Shown: positions 15,001 through 24,500 of the stretch, one piece after another
Layout of the letters: each line of letters begins with the position of its first letter
How positions within the stretch are numbered: the first letter of the stretch is position 1
NCBI GenBank assembly: GCA_002633005.1
Contig: NMRA01000036.1
Coordinates: forward strand, 1,164,139-1,228,138
Reading direction: 5' to 3'
Length of the DNA stretch: 64,000 nt
DNA from: Phoronis australis
Lineage: Eukaryota > Animalia > Phoronida
The notes under the pieces: model-generated
Database searches by the model: none
Told to the model about the DNA's origin: nothing
What the model saw: only the letters and a program-made list of their open reading frames with translations
Made by a program: the position numbers and the translations under genes

Positions 15001-18000
15001 ACTGGGTTAGTAGCCTTAAAATAAGTCAAAATGCTCTAGTATATTGGATTGTAGACTAGATGCCACATTATTTTATGTTCTTCAATAAGATAGTGGTGAG
15101 ATCTGTTGCGATGAGTACGTGTTTGAGGCCAAATCTTTGAGTATTGTCCGCTCTTTGCTTTAAAGGTCAGTGTCCAAGAGTCCAAAGAGAGTTAAGAAGT
15201 CCAAGTCATTGTCCCCGCCCAAGCTGGACAAAATCAGTGACTCGCCTGGGGCCCAACCTTCCACTGCTGAGAACGAGGCTAACAAATCTCCCGAGATGCC
15301 TGTCAGGTACTTTTTTCAATTTTTTAAAGTGTACCACTGGTACAAACTCTTCTGAAAAGTGGGTTACTTAATGTGTTTAACTAACTGTCTGGTTGTCTGT
15401 GTGGTTTCTTGTTTGCAAGTTCATGTGTATATGTCAATGGTGTAGAGGGTTTTTCATAAATGAATCCTATTTTGAAAATGCTGGACATTATTTAAAAAAA
15501 TGGGCCTGCCTTATGTTTTTGCCATTTAAGATCCACACGATGTGCTCACATCAGTGTTCTGCATTGTAAAATAGCCTTCCACCTTACATTATGATTGACA
15601 AAGTGTTTGGGTAATCATGTATGGTAACATTTCAATTGATTAGACTATAAGTGTGGAAAACTAAACAAAATTGATCTTCTTCATCATAGACTTGTAATAT
15701 CAGGAATACCAACAATTTCTCAGAACTTTGTCTGGCAGCTATGGTATAGAACTTACAAAATTGACAATTGTTTTATGGTCATAGTAAAATAAGTTAAGCC
15801 TGTACTCACGACTGAAACGAAAATCATTTGTGAGATATTTTGGCTGGCAACTGCCATTTTAATCAGCCTCTGGGTGGCGTTGTCATCGTCTGGACGAGTC
15901 TAAGTTTGTTTTCAAGAGGTGGTTGTAGATCCGCGGAAGTTCACCCATCATCTCTGTTCAGGTTGGATTTATATCAGGCTATCTGTATGGACTCTCTTAC
16001 TCCAACTATTTCAAAGAAGGAGTAAGAGAGTCCATACAGATAGCCCGATTTGAATCCAACCTGAACAGTGGTGATGAACAATACCAACTTCGGCAGATTT
16101 GTAACCACCTTTAAAAATGAACTTAGACTTATCCAAACGATGACGACGCCACCCAGAGACTGATGAAAATGGCGGGTTGCTGGTTGAAATATCTCTCAAA
16201 TGATTTTCATTATTGCCATGAGTACAGTCTTAACTTACTGCACTATGAGTCTACCGTGGCACATTAGCTTTCATCAGTGTTATGTTGAATGGTCCTTCAA
16301 TATGTGATATGAAAAAGATGACAAAAATTTCACTTGTCCACCACGTGAGATTTCTACAATAAATGAACTTGAGTGTATTAAAAGCAGTTACAAACAATTT
16401 TGTGACAGATAGATACAGTGTTGTCATGAGTCTTCACCATTGGGCATTGCAGCTCACCAGTACTAGAGAAGTTGAAATCTAAATCACCTTCTCCTGTCGT
16501 GGAAAAGAAGTCTCGGTCAAGGTCACCGGTTCCCAAAAAGAAAAGGTCAAGGTCGCCACGGTAAGGAGCTCATATGACAATTATCAACATAGACCTTTTT
16601 AACACGATCCATGATGGCAGGTGTCAAATTTTGGATTTGCCACAATATATTTGGTTCACATGCTACTTGGAATAAAACAATGCAACAGTTATAAACTGAG
16701 TCATGAAATTATTCTTTGTTAAGCCACTCCATGGGGAACTGAATGTCCTTTTGTCTTAGAGTCTTAATAGTCAGGTGTGGTCAAGGTAATCTAGTCACTG
16801 TTTCCTGGGGATAAAGAGTGTAATAATAGCAAGTACTTTGCAATGCATTCAGTCCAGCAAATTGATCAGTCATGGCAGTCACTACTAATAATGCTTCCTA
16901 ATATTCAGAGAGTCATCATTTCTGTTTGAACACCAAGACAACGAAACGAGTTTAAAATCTGTTTTCAACACAGAGCTTTATAAAGAATTAAGCAGGCTTG
17001 CCAGTGATGTTTGATCTGTATCCCTTTAATACCAGACATGTTGTAGAATGTTCAAAAAATGTTGACTCGACTTCAGCAGCATGTGCTGTTCCCAACTTTG
17101 CTAAGAGGTCAAAATTGAGTTATTTGTTGGCACTGTTAAAGATAGTGCCTTCATTATCAAATTGCACCCAGATGGTTTTCCCTAGGCAAAGATACTACCA
17201 CAGTTGTGTATTACAATATAGATAATATTGTTCCTTTTGATTGTTGCAGTATGCTGATTTATGCGGTGTTCAACTCCTTTTCAGTCATCTCTGCGAGCTT
17301 GTCTTAATTTGTGAAACCCTGGTACTTGTCTTGCACACTTGGGCTGTCGTTCTTGAAAAACACATAGCACACCTGCTGCTTATACCAAATTACCGGTGTA
17401 TTAATTTCAGTGCATGCAAGCTTTTTGCGGTTTCAACTCACATGACTGTTTCATTTTAATGTGTAAGTTTTCCTTTTAGAATCAGCTCAAAGAGCAAGTC
17501 GAAAACAGAAAGCGAAAGGTGACTATTAAATATTGGCAAATTACTGCAAACAGTGCCAGATTTAGAGAGGGGGAAAGGGAGCAATTGCCTCAGGCCTTTT
17601 TCCAAGATGGGGTCCCTAGGCCCACGTTAAACGTTTAAAAGTATTAGCTAAAATGGTTAAAGCATCTAAAACTTTAAGCCATTTTCAAAAATTATTACCC
17701 AAATACTTTCTCTTTACCCAACCCACGCAATTAATAAAAACACAGTTACATGGACCGAGCAGAAAGAAAAGACGTTTGCCTTAAGAAAAAAAAAAACAAA
17801 TGATCAACATTCCAAGGTCATATAGCAACCTAATAAGTTGGAAGGGGATGTTAGCAAACATGGGTTTATTACAACCTTTAAAGTTTGGGCAGGGTTCCCC
17901 TATACCCGAGCTATTGAGAGTTTAGGCCAGCCACATGAGCATTTAAATGATGTTGACTTTAAAAAAATTGGGTAGGTATTCCCTCCTGTCCCCGCGTTAT

Positions 18001-19922
18001 TGCGTGGGTAGGTCGGCCACCTGGGCATTTAAATGATGTTGACCTAAAAAAAATTGGTTAGGAATTCCCCTCTGTCCTGGGGTTATGGCGGGGGTATGCC
18101 AGCCCTTGTTCTTCCCAACGTCGTCGGCACCTTTTACTCCTTGAAAAGAAAATCTTTTGATGTCAAGTCTCAAACAATATTTAACATGACAAATTGTGCG
18201 CTGAAAATTGGAAAAGTTAGTAATGAATTAGAGATTCGTGTAAAATGAAATAATGAATTTAAACCTTGAGTTGATATTGCATGTTTGAGACGGCTCAACT
18301 GAATTCAGTTTTATCCCCTGCGTAATTTTTAATGGTATTAAGTACTGTCGGACTGGCTCACAATTTGTCTCGAGTGTAGAAAGTTATTGAGAGACTAGGT
18401 CACTGTCGCTGAAAAATAGTCTTCCATTCGTCGTTTTGACATTGTCGCTGAAAAATAGTCTTCCATTCGTCGTTTTGACATTGTCGCTGGCAGACAACAA
18501 ATGGCAGCACCCACACAACATTTCATTATCAAGCGAGAAGTTACCATTATCAAGAGTGCTGACCCACTACCCAGTTGAACATTTTGTTGTGGTAAAAGAG
18601 TGATTTTAGGGCAGTAAATGTAATGGACATAAAATGGAACATTTGATTGCTATTTTTGGACTTCGAACCGAAGTAAGACTGTAGTTTGTAGGGCGACTTG
18701 ATTCGAGTTGACTTTGAGTCGACAGGCGAGTAGGTTTCCCACACTTTGCATTGTTCTTGTTTATTCAGGCAGACAATTTGGTCAGTAGATTAAGGATTTT
18801 GTTGCACTGATGAGTCATTGTTGACAATGAATTATGCTGTTTATAGAATTAGCTTTCTTATATATTAAACTATAGTTTGTCATATTACTTTTGGCATATG
18901 CAGTGGATCCCAGGGGTGTAAATTGTGGTTAGGACTACTTCTGATGCACTAAACTATCCATCACAGGAGTATGGTGCACATGTCTCAGGGCTACACTGCA
19001 TTATGTCAGGGCTACACTGCATTATGTCAATCAGTGCAACAAATGCTTAAAATAGCTACGAGACTGCTGATTGGATGTTTTTGTGAATGTTCGTCTTGAG
19101 TAGCTGATCTGCTACCTGATTCCAACGTGTGTTCTGCGTTCTTATAAAAACTCCCACATGAACTTTGTGTGTGTAATTGTGGCCACATTGTGGCATAACA
19201 CATGGTTTGAAAGCCTGTAGCTTTAAAACTGACGTTATTTAGTACTCCTATTGCATGTTGATGGAAACACATTTCAATATACTTTACAAGTGTTGCTATG
19301 TTTTTGCAGTCGAAAGCGCCGATCGACAAGTCGAAGTCGCCGGTCCAGAAGTCCAGTAAGGCGCCGCTCTCGATCTCCGAGACGTAATCGTAGGTCACGT
19401 TCACCTCGCAGAAGATCGAAATCACCTCGACGACGGTCTCCAAAGAGACGTAGTCGTTCACCAAGTCCCAGGAAGTGAGTGTACGGTGTTGTACAAGGAA
19501 TGAAATTTTTTGTGACAAGTTCAAGTTAGTTTGATGCTTTCAAAATGATGATTACACTGATGTAAATCTGCATTGTCACTCATCCTCTCATTTTCAGGGT
19601 GGTAGTCTGATGATAAAATATTTTTTCCTGTAGGCATCGCAAGGACAAAAAGAAGGACAAAGATCGCGATCGTAGTCGCAGCCGTGACCGTAAACGTCGC
19701 AAAGAGCGCGACGGAAAAGAGGAGAAACCGTCAGCACCCGTTAAACGTGATTACGATGAAGAAGAGAAAGGTTATGACAGCAGTGACCAAGACAAAGGAA
19801 AGAAAGAGGAGGGGTCACTCAAAGGGTCTCCTCCTGGGGCTTCACCTGAGTTGTCATCTTCATCATTGCCACCTCCATTGGATAACTTGCAGTCTGTTGA
19901 TATGGACATGGACAGTGATTAG
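1..19922 (+). CDS. SRSF11: SRSF11/SREK1-family (SRp54) SR splicing factor, spliced, 5'-partial; 14 exons, 607 codons within the window
   Basis: Exons 1-72, 4562-4698, 6465-6571, 7661-7816, 8464-8642, 9487-9617, 9996-10059, 11601-11738, 14113-14211, 15166-15306, 16453-16560, 17480-17518, 19310-19474 and 19634-19922 join through GT-AG sites in one open frame. Family motifs: HLTNTVFVDRALII, IPDE, EEIRRTVYVSNL, KEIDEAMKKV, the RS domain, RDYDEEEKGYDS and DMDMDSD*. Confidence 0.93.
2942..4336. mobile_element. Non-autonomous hAT-like (hAT5-type) DNA transposon in intron 1
   Basis: TIR CAGGGCTCGAC / GTCGAGCCCTG; repeated subterminal AGGTCGCA motifs; 5-bp TSD CTTAG at 2937-2941 and 4337-4341. Confidence 0.85.
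4562..4698 (+). CDS. SRSF11: SRSF11-like exon 2, RRM1 C-terminal part
   Basis: Acceptor ttccag; reads DNPTRPYTSKVCYVKFEDPTHVMVSLHLTNTVFVDRALIIVPHND; donor GTAAGT. Confidence 0.95.
6465..6571 (+). CDS. SRSF11: SRSF11-like exon 3
   Basis: Acceptor ttttcag; reads AKIPDEKTAMEVAAPPNATGGLLPPTNDWPSNVVNQ; donor GTAGTG. Confidence 0.9.
6647..7421. mobile_element. Tc1/mariner-like MITE in intron 3
   Basis: Imperfect TIRs share CCTAATTATCGGACG; ends TA|CA...TG|TA fit a TA target. Confidence 0.6.
7661..7816 (+). CDS. SRSF11: SRSF11-like exon 4, linker and start of RRM2
   Basis: Reads VTGAGTGQVIHTVDPKLSSAGLPPYPPLPGNIDASKVEEIRRTVYVSNLDST; ccag acceptor, GTAAGA donor. Confidence 0.93.
8464..8642 (+). CDS. 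SRSF11: SRSF11-like exon 5, RRM2
   Basis: Reads QVTSEMVLNFFSQVGEVKYVRMAGDESLATRGVYVEFTDQRTIPTVFAYNGAMFAGKPV; tgtag acceptor, GTAAGT donor. Confidence 0.93.
9487..9617 (+). CDS. SRSF11: SRSF11-like exon 6
   Basis: Reads IVHSMHAIAKPMSKNQEAITKEIDEAMKKVSEAHSLIAAAVDP; ttccag acceptor, GTAATG donor. Confidence 0.93.
9996..10059 (+). CDS. SRSF11: SRSF11-like exon 7, start of RS domain
   Basis: Reads DDKRRSRSRSTGRRRRHRSRS; gccag acceptor, GTGAGC donor. Confidence 0.88.
10092..10470 (+). mobile_element. Truncated HINE-like element, family A, in intron 7
   Basis: Same head as the 12314 and 33448 copies (TTTTTAT, CCACATAT-TT-ATATGTGG hairpin, GTCC-like microsatellite); two CTCF-like motifs near 10290 and 10411. 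Confidence 0.7.
11601..11738 (+). CDS. SRSF11: SRSF11-like exon 8, RS domain (138 nt, phase 2-2)
   Basis: Reads SHKRSRTKSPKIRSRSRNRSRSRRSPRRRRSRSKSKRRSRSRSRS; ttaag acceptor, GTATGT donor. Confidence 0.9.
12314..13602 (+). mobile_element. Helentron-associated (HINE/DINE-1-like) non-autonomous element, family A, in intron 8
   Basis: Head TTTTTATGCACCC plus hairpin and (GTCC)n; about eight internal ~146-bp subrepeats; end ...GCATTCGTG...GTTGCTCTTGTT; T-rich flanks without a TSD. Confidence 0.8.
14113..14211 (+). CDS. SRSF11: SRSF11-like exon 9 (99 nt, phase 2-2)
   Basis: Reads ELKRREKERKSRRSRSPRKTSRPSKEKKKSKS; tttcag acceptor, GTACTA donor. Confidence 0.8.
15166..15306 (+). CDS. SRSF11: SRSF11-like exon 10 (141 nt, phase 2-2)
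   Basis: Reads SVSKSPKRVKKSKSLSPPKLDKISDSPGAQPSTAENEANKSPEMPV; tttaaag acceptor, GTACTT donor. Confidence 0.75.
15779..16248. repeat. Fold-back palindromic element (~225-bp arms) in intron 10
   Basis: 15779-16003 is the imperfect reverse complement of 16019-16248; the innermost 26 bp are perfect; 15-nt loop. Confidence 0.9.
16453..16560 (+). CDS. SRSF11: SRSF11-like exon 11 (108 nt, phase 2-2)
   Basis: Reads SPVLEKLKSKSPSPVVEKKSRSRSPVPKKKRSRSP; ttgcag acceptor, GTAAGG donor. Confidence 0.8.
17480..17518 (+). CDS. SRSF11: SRSF11-like exon 12, 39-nt microexon (phase 2-2)
   Basis: Acceptor ttttccttttag; reads ISSKSKSKTESE; donor GTGACT; keeps the frame. Confidence 0.6.
19310..19474 (+). CDS. 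SRSF11: SRSF11-like exon 13, RS domain (165 nt, phase 2-2)
   Basis: Reads RKRRSTSRSRRSRSPVRRRSRSPRRNRRSRSPRRRSKSPRRRSPKRRSRSPSPR; tttttgcag acceptor, GTGAGT donor. Confidence 0.92.
19634..19922 (+). CDS. SRSF11: SRSF11-like terminal coding exon 14
   Basis: Reads HRKDKKKDKDRDRSRSRD...VKRDYDEEEKGYDSSDQ...VDMDMDSD, then TAG; matches the SRSF11 C-terminal motifs. Confidence 0.92.
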
Positions 19923-20158
19923 TAAAATTACAAACTGTTGTATTGGCATGTGAACATACAGATGGTGACACTAGGTAACGTAACATTTGACTTGGACAAA
20001 AGTTTGTTGCAACTAGAGCTGACTAGGATGAGTTGGTGGAAAACTAGATTAAAGTGACAGTCATCATCTAATTGTCTCAGTGATGAGTTTCTGTTGTGTT
20101 GCCGACATCAACAAGTCCTTGGTGTGTATAGATTGTATTTTTTAGCATTCGTTTGTTC

Positions 20159-20164
20159 AATAAA
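20159..20164 (+). promoter_or_regulatory. Candidate polyadenylation signal of the SRSF11-like gene
   Basis: First AATAAA about 240 nt after the stop codon, with T-rich sequence downstream. Confidence 0.45.
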
Positions 20165-20255
20165 TGATAAAAATTTTTAACTTTGTATTCCAGTTTCCAA
20201 GACCTTGACCGAGGTTCTGTTATCGTGAATGTTTTAAAAAAGCTGCTGTCACCAA

Positions 20256-20468
20256 CAGTGGCGGATCTAGGATACCATAAGGGGGGGGGTCTGCCCAACA
20301 TGTTGCCTCAGGGATTTGGGCAAAGCACGATTGTATGTGCACAGGGGGCCCGAAAGTTGTGGGAGCCGAGGATGTGGACTTTGTGTTCAGAAAGTCTATG
20401 GTGGACTAAAAAAAATGGGAACACGATTCCTCTGCGATCTGGGATCTGAGCCCCCCCATCTGCTACTG
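20256..20468. mobile_element. hAT-like MITE downstream of SRSF11-like stop
   Basis: CAGTGGCGGATCTAG...CATCTGCTACTG imperfect TIRs with G and C runs inside; no TSD found. Confidence 0.5.
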
Positions 20469-21529
20469 ATCCTATTTACTGAACTTTCTTTTTCTTCGCG
20501 TTTCACGCTGTTACTGTTTCATTTTGTTATAGACAGCTAAATACAACCTATAAATGAAAGCGTTGATGGAACAAACACTTTCTTGTTAGAGGACAACCTG
20601 CAAGGACAAAGGCAACTGCATAAAAAAGCTGTAAATGACCTATCTTGCATAACGAAAAAGCAATATTTACACAACTTAGATATGTCATTACCTCTGTATG
20701 CTCCTCACATTGGAACATTTTTATCAAACATTACTGTATGCCACCATGTTTCAGTCCAGTTTTTAAATGTTATCAAGTGTATTTAGAGATGTCGTCAACC
20801 TGCAAAAGACCCATATTCATATGTTACCTCACTCAGTCCAATATGGTTGCTTTTCAAACAGCAAATGCTGGGCAGTGGTTTGTTAGATATTGTGCCAAAG
20901 CAAGTGGTATGGACAGTATTATTTCACTGGGCTACTTATATCTGTATATCATTAAGTCTTTACATACCTTGGCGATTGTTATGTGGGTCTGTAGCAGAAA
21001 AAGGCACAAATATCGTAGGCCAGAAAAGTCTAATTGTCTCTATGAGAACATTCAAAACCTGTCAACAGAACCTCAGAGAGTTGTGTTCTGTAACTATTGT
21101 CTGATTGCCATCAATATTTAGACCTGATGACATCACACAGCATACCAATGAAAAACTAATATTCATTAAATTGCACGTTTAAAAATGAAACTAGTATTTC
21201 CACTTTATTTGCCAAAAATAACACTTTTACTCAACAAGTGTTATCTGAACTTCTTCCTTAATTAGATAGAATTACACATCCCTGCTTAAGGCCATGCTGG
21301 CAACGATTGACGATGTCATTAGTGAGATATAAAATGAAAACACTTCCACCAATTACGAGCAAATTGCGAGCTCTAAGCACTGGCGTATACACGGGGGATC
21401 AGGTGGCAGGTACAACGGGGCATGACAAACTGTTCAATGCAAAACCCCTCTCGGTACATGTACTGCTACTAGTCATTCATAGTATCCTAGCTCTTAATCC
21501 TTTTCATTGCAAAGGTCCCAGGTTGCCGG

Positions 21530-24500
21530 TGTCACGTAAAATTTCTTCCCCGTGAAATTTCTTCCCACTCCTACCCTGTTGCGCACGCGCGGTATTGAGG
21601 GGAAGTTATTTTATGTTTAAGGCATAAAATAACTTCCCCCGTGAAATTTCTTCCCTAACGAAGACGGCAAAGAACAGCTGTAAAATAAGCATAAAATAGA
21701 AGTTCACTACGTGTGTGATAATTTAACGATTTTGGTCAATTCTCATTGTTATGTTAGACATTGATAAATGAATTGCAATTAGATTTACTTCATACATGAG
21801 TCGCCGGTCAGTCACAGGCTTGCGTATATATGGCTTATACTTTGCGGGTTGTGATCATGTTTTTGTTTGTTTTATTGTATTCTGTAAATTGTATTATGAG
21901 CTAATATTACTTATGTTAATAAACCTGACACCCTCTGTCTCGCTGTCTCTCTTTCTCTCTACTTGCGAGGAGGAATCCCGTGCCTAGGTAGGATCATGCC
22001 CGGGGTTTTCTTGCATCCGCGGACCGGGGAGTCCTCTGTTTAAGGCAAATTAGTAAAAAGCTCTTTCAAAAAAGTGACATACTGTAGACTATTTACTTAT
22101 AATTGATTCATAAGATTAAAATATTTCTGAATTTCATTTCCTTGCCTGGGCGTCGCCTGACCTTAGGCCCGTCGCGGTGAAGACGCTCTTCGTCGCCGAC
22201 TCCCGGCGATCTGAGTGTTTTTTTTCGCTTGTACTGAATTTCCTTCAAGAATATGTCAAAAATACTCGAATGGGTGAAAATACTCGGTTGGGTATATTCC
22301 CAGTAAGGCAATATCGTTTGCTGTAGTACGTAATAAGTTAAAATAATCGACGCACACCTGTTCTGACCGAAGGCGATGATCCCGAAGAAAATAGGTGTCC
22401 TGCGTAAAATAGTCTTACAAAAATACCATGATGTTGTACACTAAAAGAAAACACAGAAATTGTTTTGTCCAGAAAATTCAGTTCATAAGATTCGGAAAAA
22501 AGAAAATGTTCAAAATCGGGGTAACAAAGCTCCAGTAAGCAAATAATTAGCCAGAATCAGGAAAAGTATTATAAACTCTAGGATCATTTTACAAATCACA
22601 CGCCGTGGGAAAAATGTCCCATCACAGCTACACTTTGGGAAAAAATTGTAGTAAAATATTTACACTTTCTTGCTAAGGAAAATGAATTCGCCAAGGACAA
22701 CATTTCAGATTAAAAATCTTTGAATGCGCCCTGAGCACGTGGAGCGTTCCGAAAATGAAGTCTGAGATCAATCCTTGATAAACAAGACTATTTTTAAAGT
22801 CTGTTATATTCCATAGTGTTGTATATCAAGGAACTTGCAAATATATATGTAGTAGGAATTACTTACTTCATGCGGGAACAAGACGATCGAGTATCCTGCG
22901 TGAATTGAAATAAGGTGCCTATCAAACCATATAACAAACAGTTATCACTTCGTAGGCCTATCAAAAATGTCTTGACAATTCGCAAAAACCAAAAATGTCG
23001 AAGAAAATTTTTTCTTGACCAAAAAATTGGAGGCCTTGATATCTTTAGCAAAACTTGAGAATTTAGTACCCTGTTTTTAATTAAAAGTTTTTGCAAAATT
23101 GCTTATAACGTCAAACCGAAAATAATTCAACGTAACCGAAATGTGATTTTATTCTGGCTGGCACCAGAAAGATTGGAACTGACGCTTGTTTTTTGTCTTC
23201 ATACAACGAAGGCATAGGGGCCTACTCTTTATGTATATACGGGTGTGTGTGTGTGTGAGTGTATACTTAAACACTGCACTATTACAGACCCCTAAATTAG
23301 TGATATTCCATCGATTTTGGCTTAATATTTGATGTTTCCCACTTATTTTCGGGTTACCAATCCAGTTTAAACATGTCCTTCAAGGAATTATCTCAGTACA
23401 TTGTAAAGATAACTGATTTTTCTATAGCCCAGAATTCTTTGTAGACCCATAAACGAAATGGACCTTACCTAGAAATGTTGTGTGACATAACTGAAGAATT
23501 ATTACCCCCTCAATTTTCTGTGTGGAGGTTAACTTGATTCGCCAAAGAATCCCAATCAAAAGTTTTTATGACCTATAAGTTTATTGGTTAGCAGTGAAAC
23601 ATGCTCAGACAAGTTTTCATTTATTGAGAAGTCAGTAAACATTTTACAAGAAAACAGGTGTTCTATAACTTGATAAAATAGGAGAGCCAAAAACCAAGCA
23701 TGAATGGATCCACAGTTAGAATTCGTAAACATTTTTGTACAAACTTAGACCAAAATCGCTTTCAAAATCTTCAATTTTTAGAGCTCATCTACGAAAGTTG
23801 GTACAGTACATATTCATAATGTCTAATGTAACTCTTGGAGACAAAACACATGGTCTTTAACTTGGTTAACTGTGAAAAGCTAAAAGCTAACATGACTGGG
23901 GCTAATAATGAAATTCGCACTAACTTTACTACATATTCAAACCAAAATCGCTTGCAAAATCTACAATTTTTGGAGCACATCTGCGAAAGTTGGTACAGTA
24001 CATATTCATCATGTCTAATGAAAGCCTTGAAGACAAAAACACATGCTCTTTAACTGGGTTAACTGTTAGAAGCAAAAAGCTATCGTGACTGGGGCCAACA
24101 ATGAAATTCGCACAAATTTTACTACATATTCAAACCAAAATCGCTTTCAAAATCTACAATTTTTGGAGCACATCAGCGAAAGTTGGTACAGTACATAATC
24201 ATCATGTCTAATGAAAGTATTGGAGACAAAACCACATGTTCCTTAACTTGATTACCTTTGAGAGCTAAAAAACTAGCATGACTTAGGCCAATAATGAAAT
24301 TCGCACAAATTTTACTACTTATTCAAACCAAAATCGCTTTCAAAATCTACAATTTTTGGAGCACATCTGCAAAAGTTGGTACATTACATATTCATCATGT
24401 ATAATGAAAGTCTTGAAGACAAAAACACATACTCTTTAACTTGGTAAACTGTGAGAAGCAAAAAGCTATCATGACTTAGGCCAATAATGAAATTCGCACA

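Noticed and set aside
19545-19610. Box C/D snoRNA-like pattern (ATGATGA...CTGA) with CATTTTCAGGG resembling 28S antisense
   Set aside because: Box D is only about 23 nt from the 3' splice site, the terminal stem is weak, and the match is not adjacent to box D. It is explained as a splice acceptor.
22108-22311. Possible transposase exon inside the Ginger-type element
   Set aside because: No integrase (HHCC/DDE) motif can be read in any frame.
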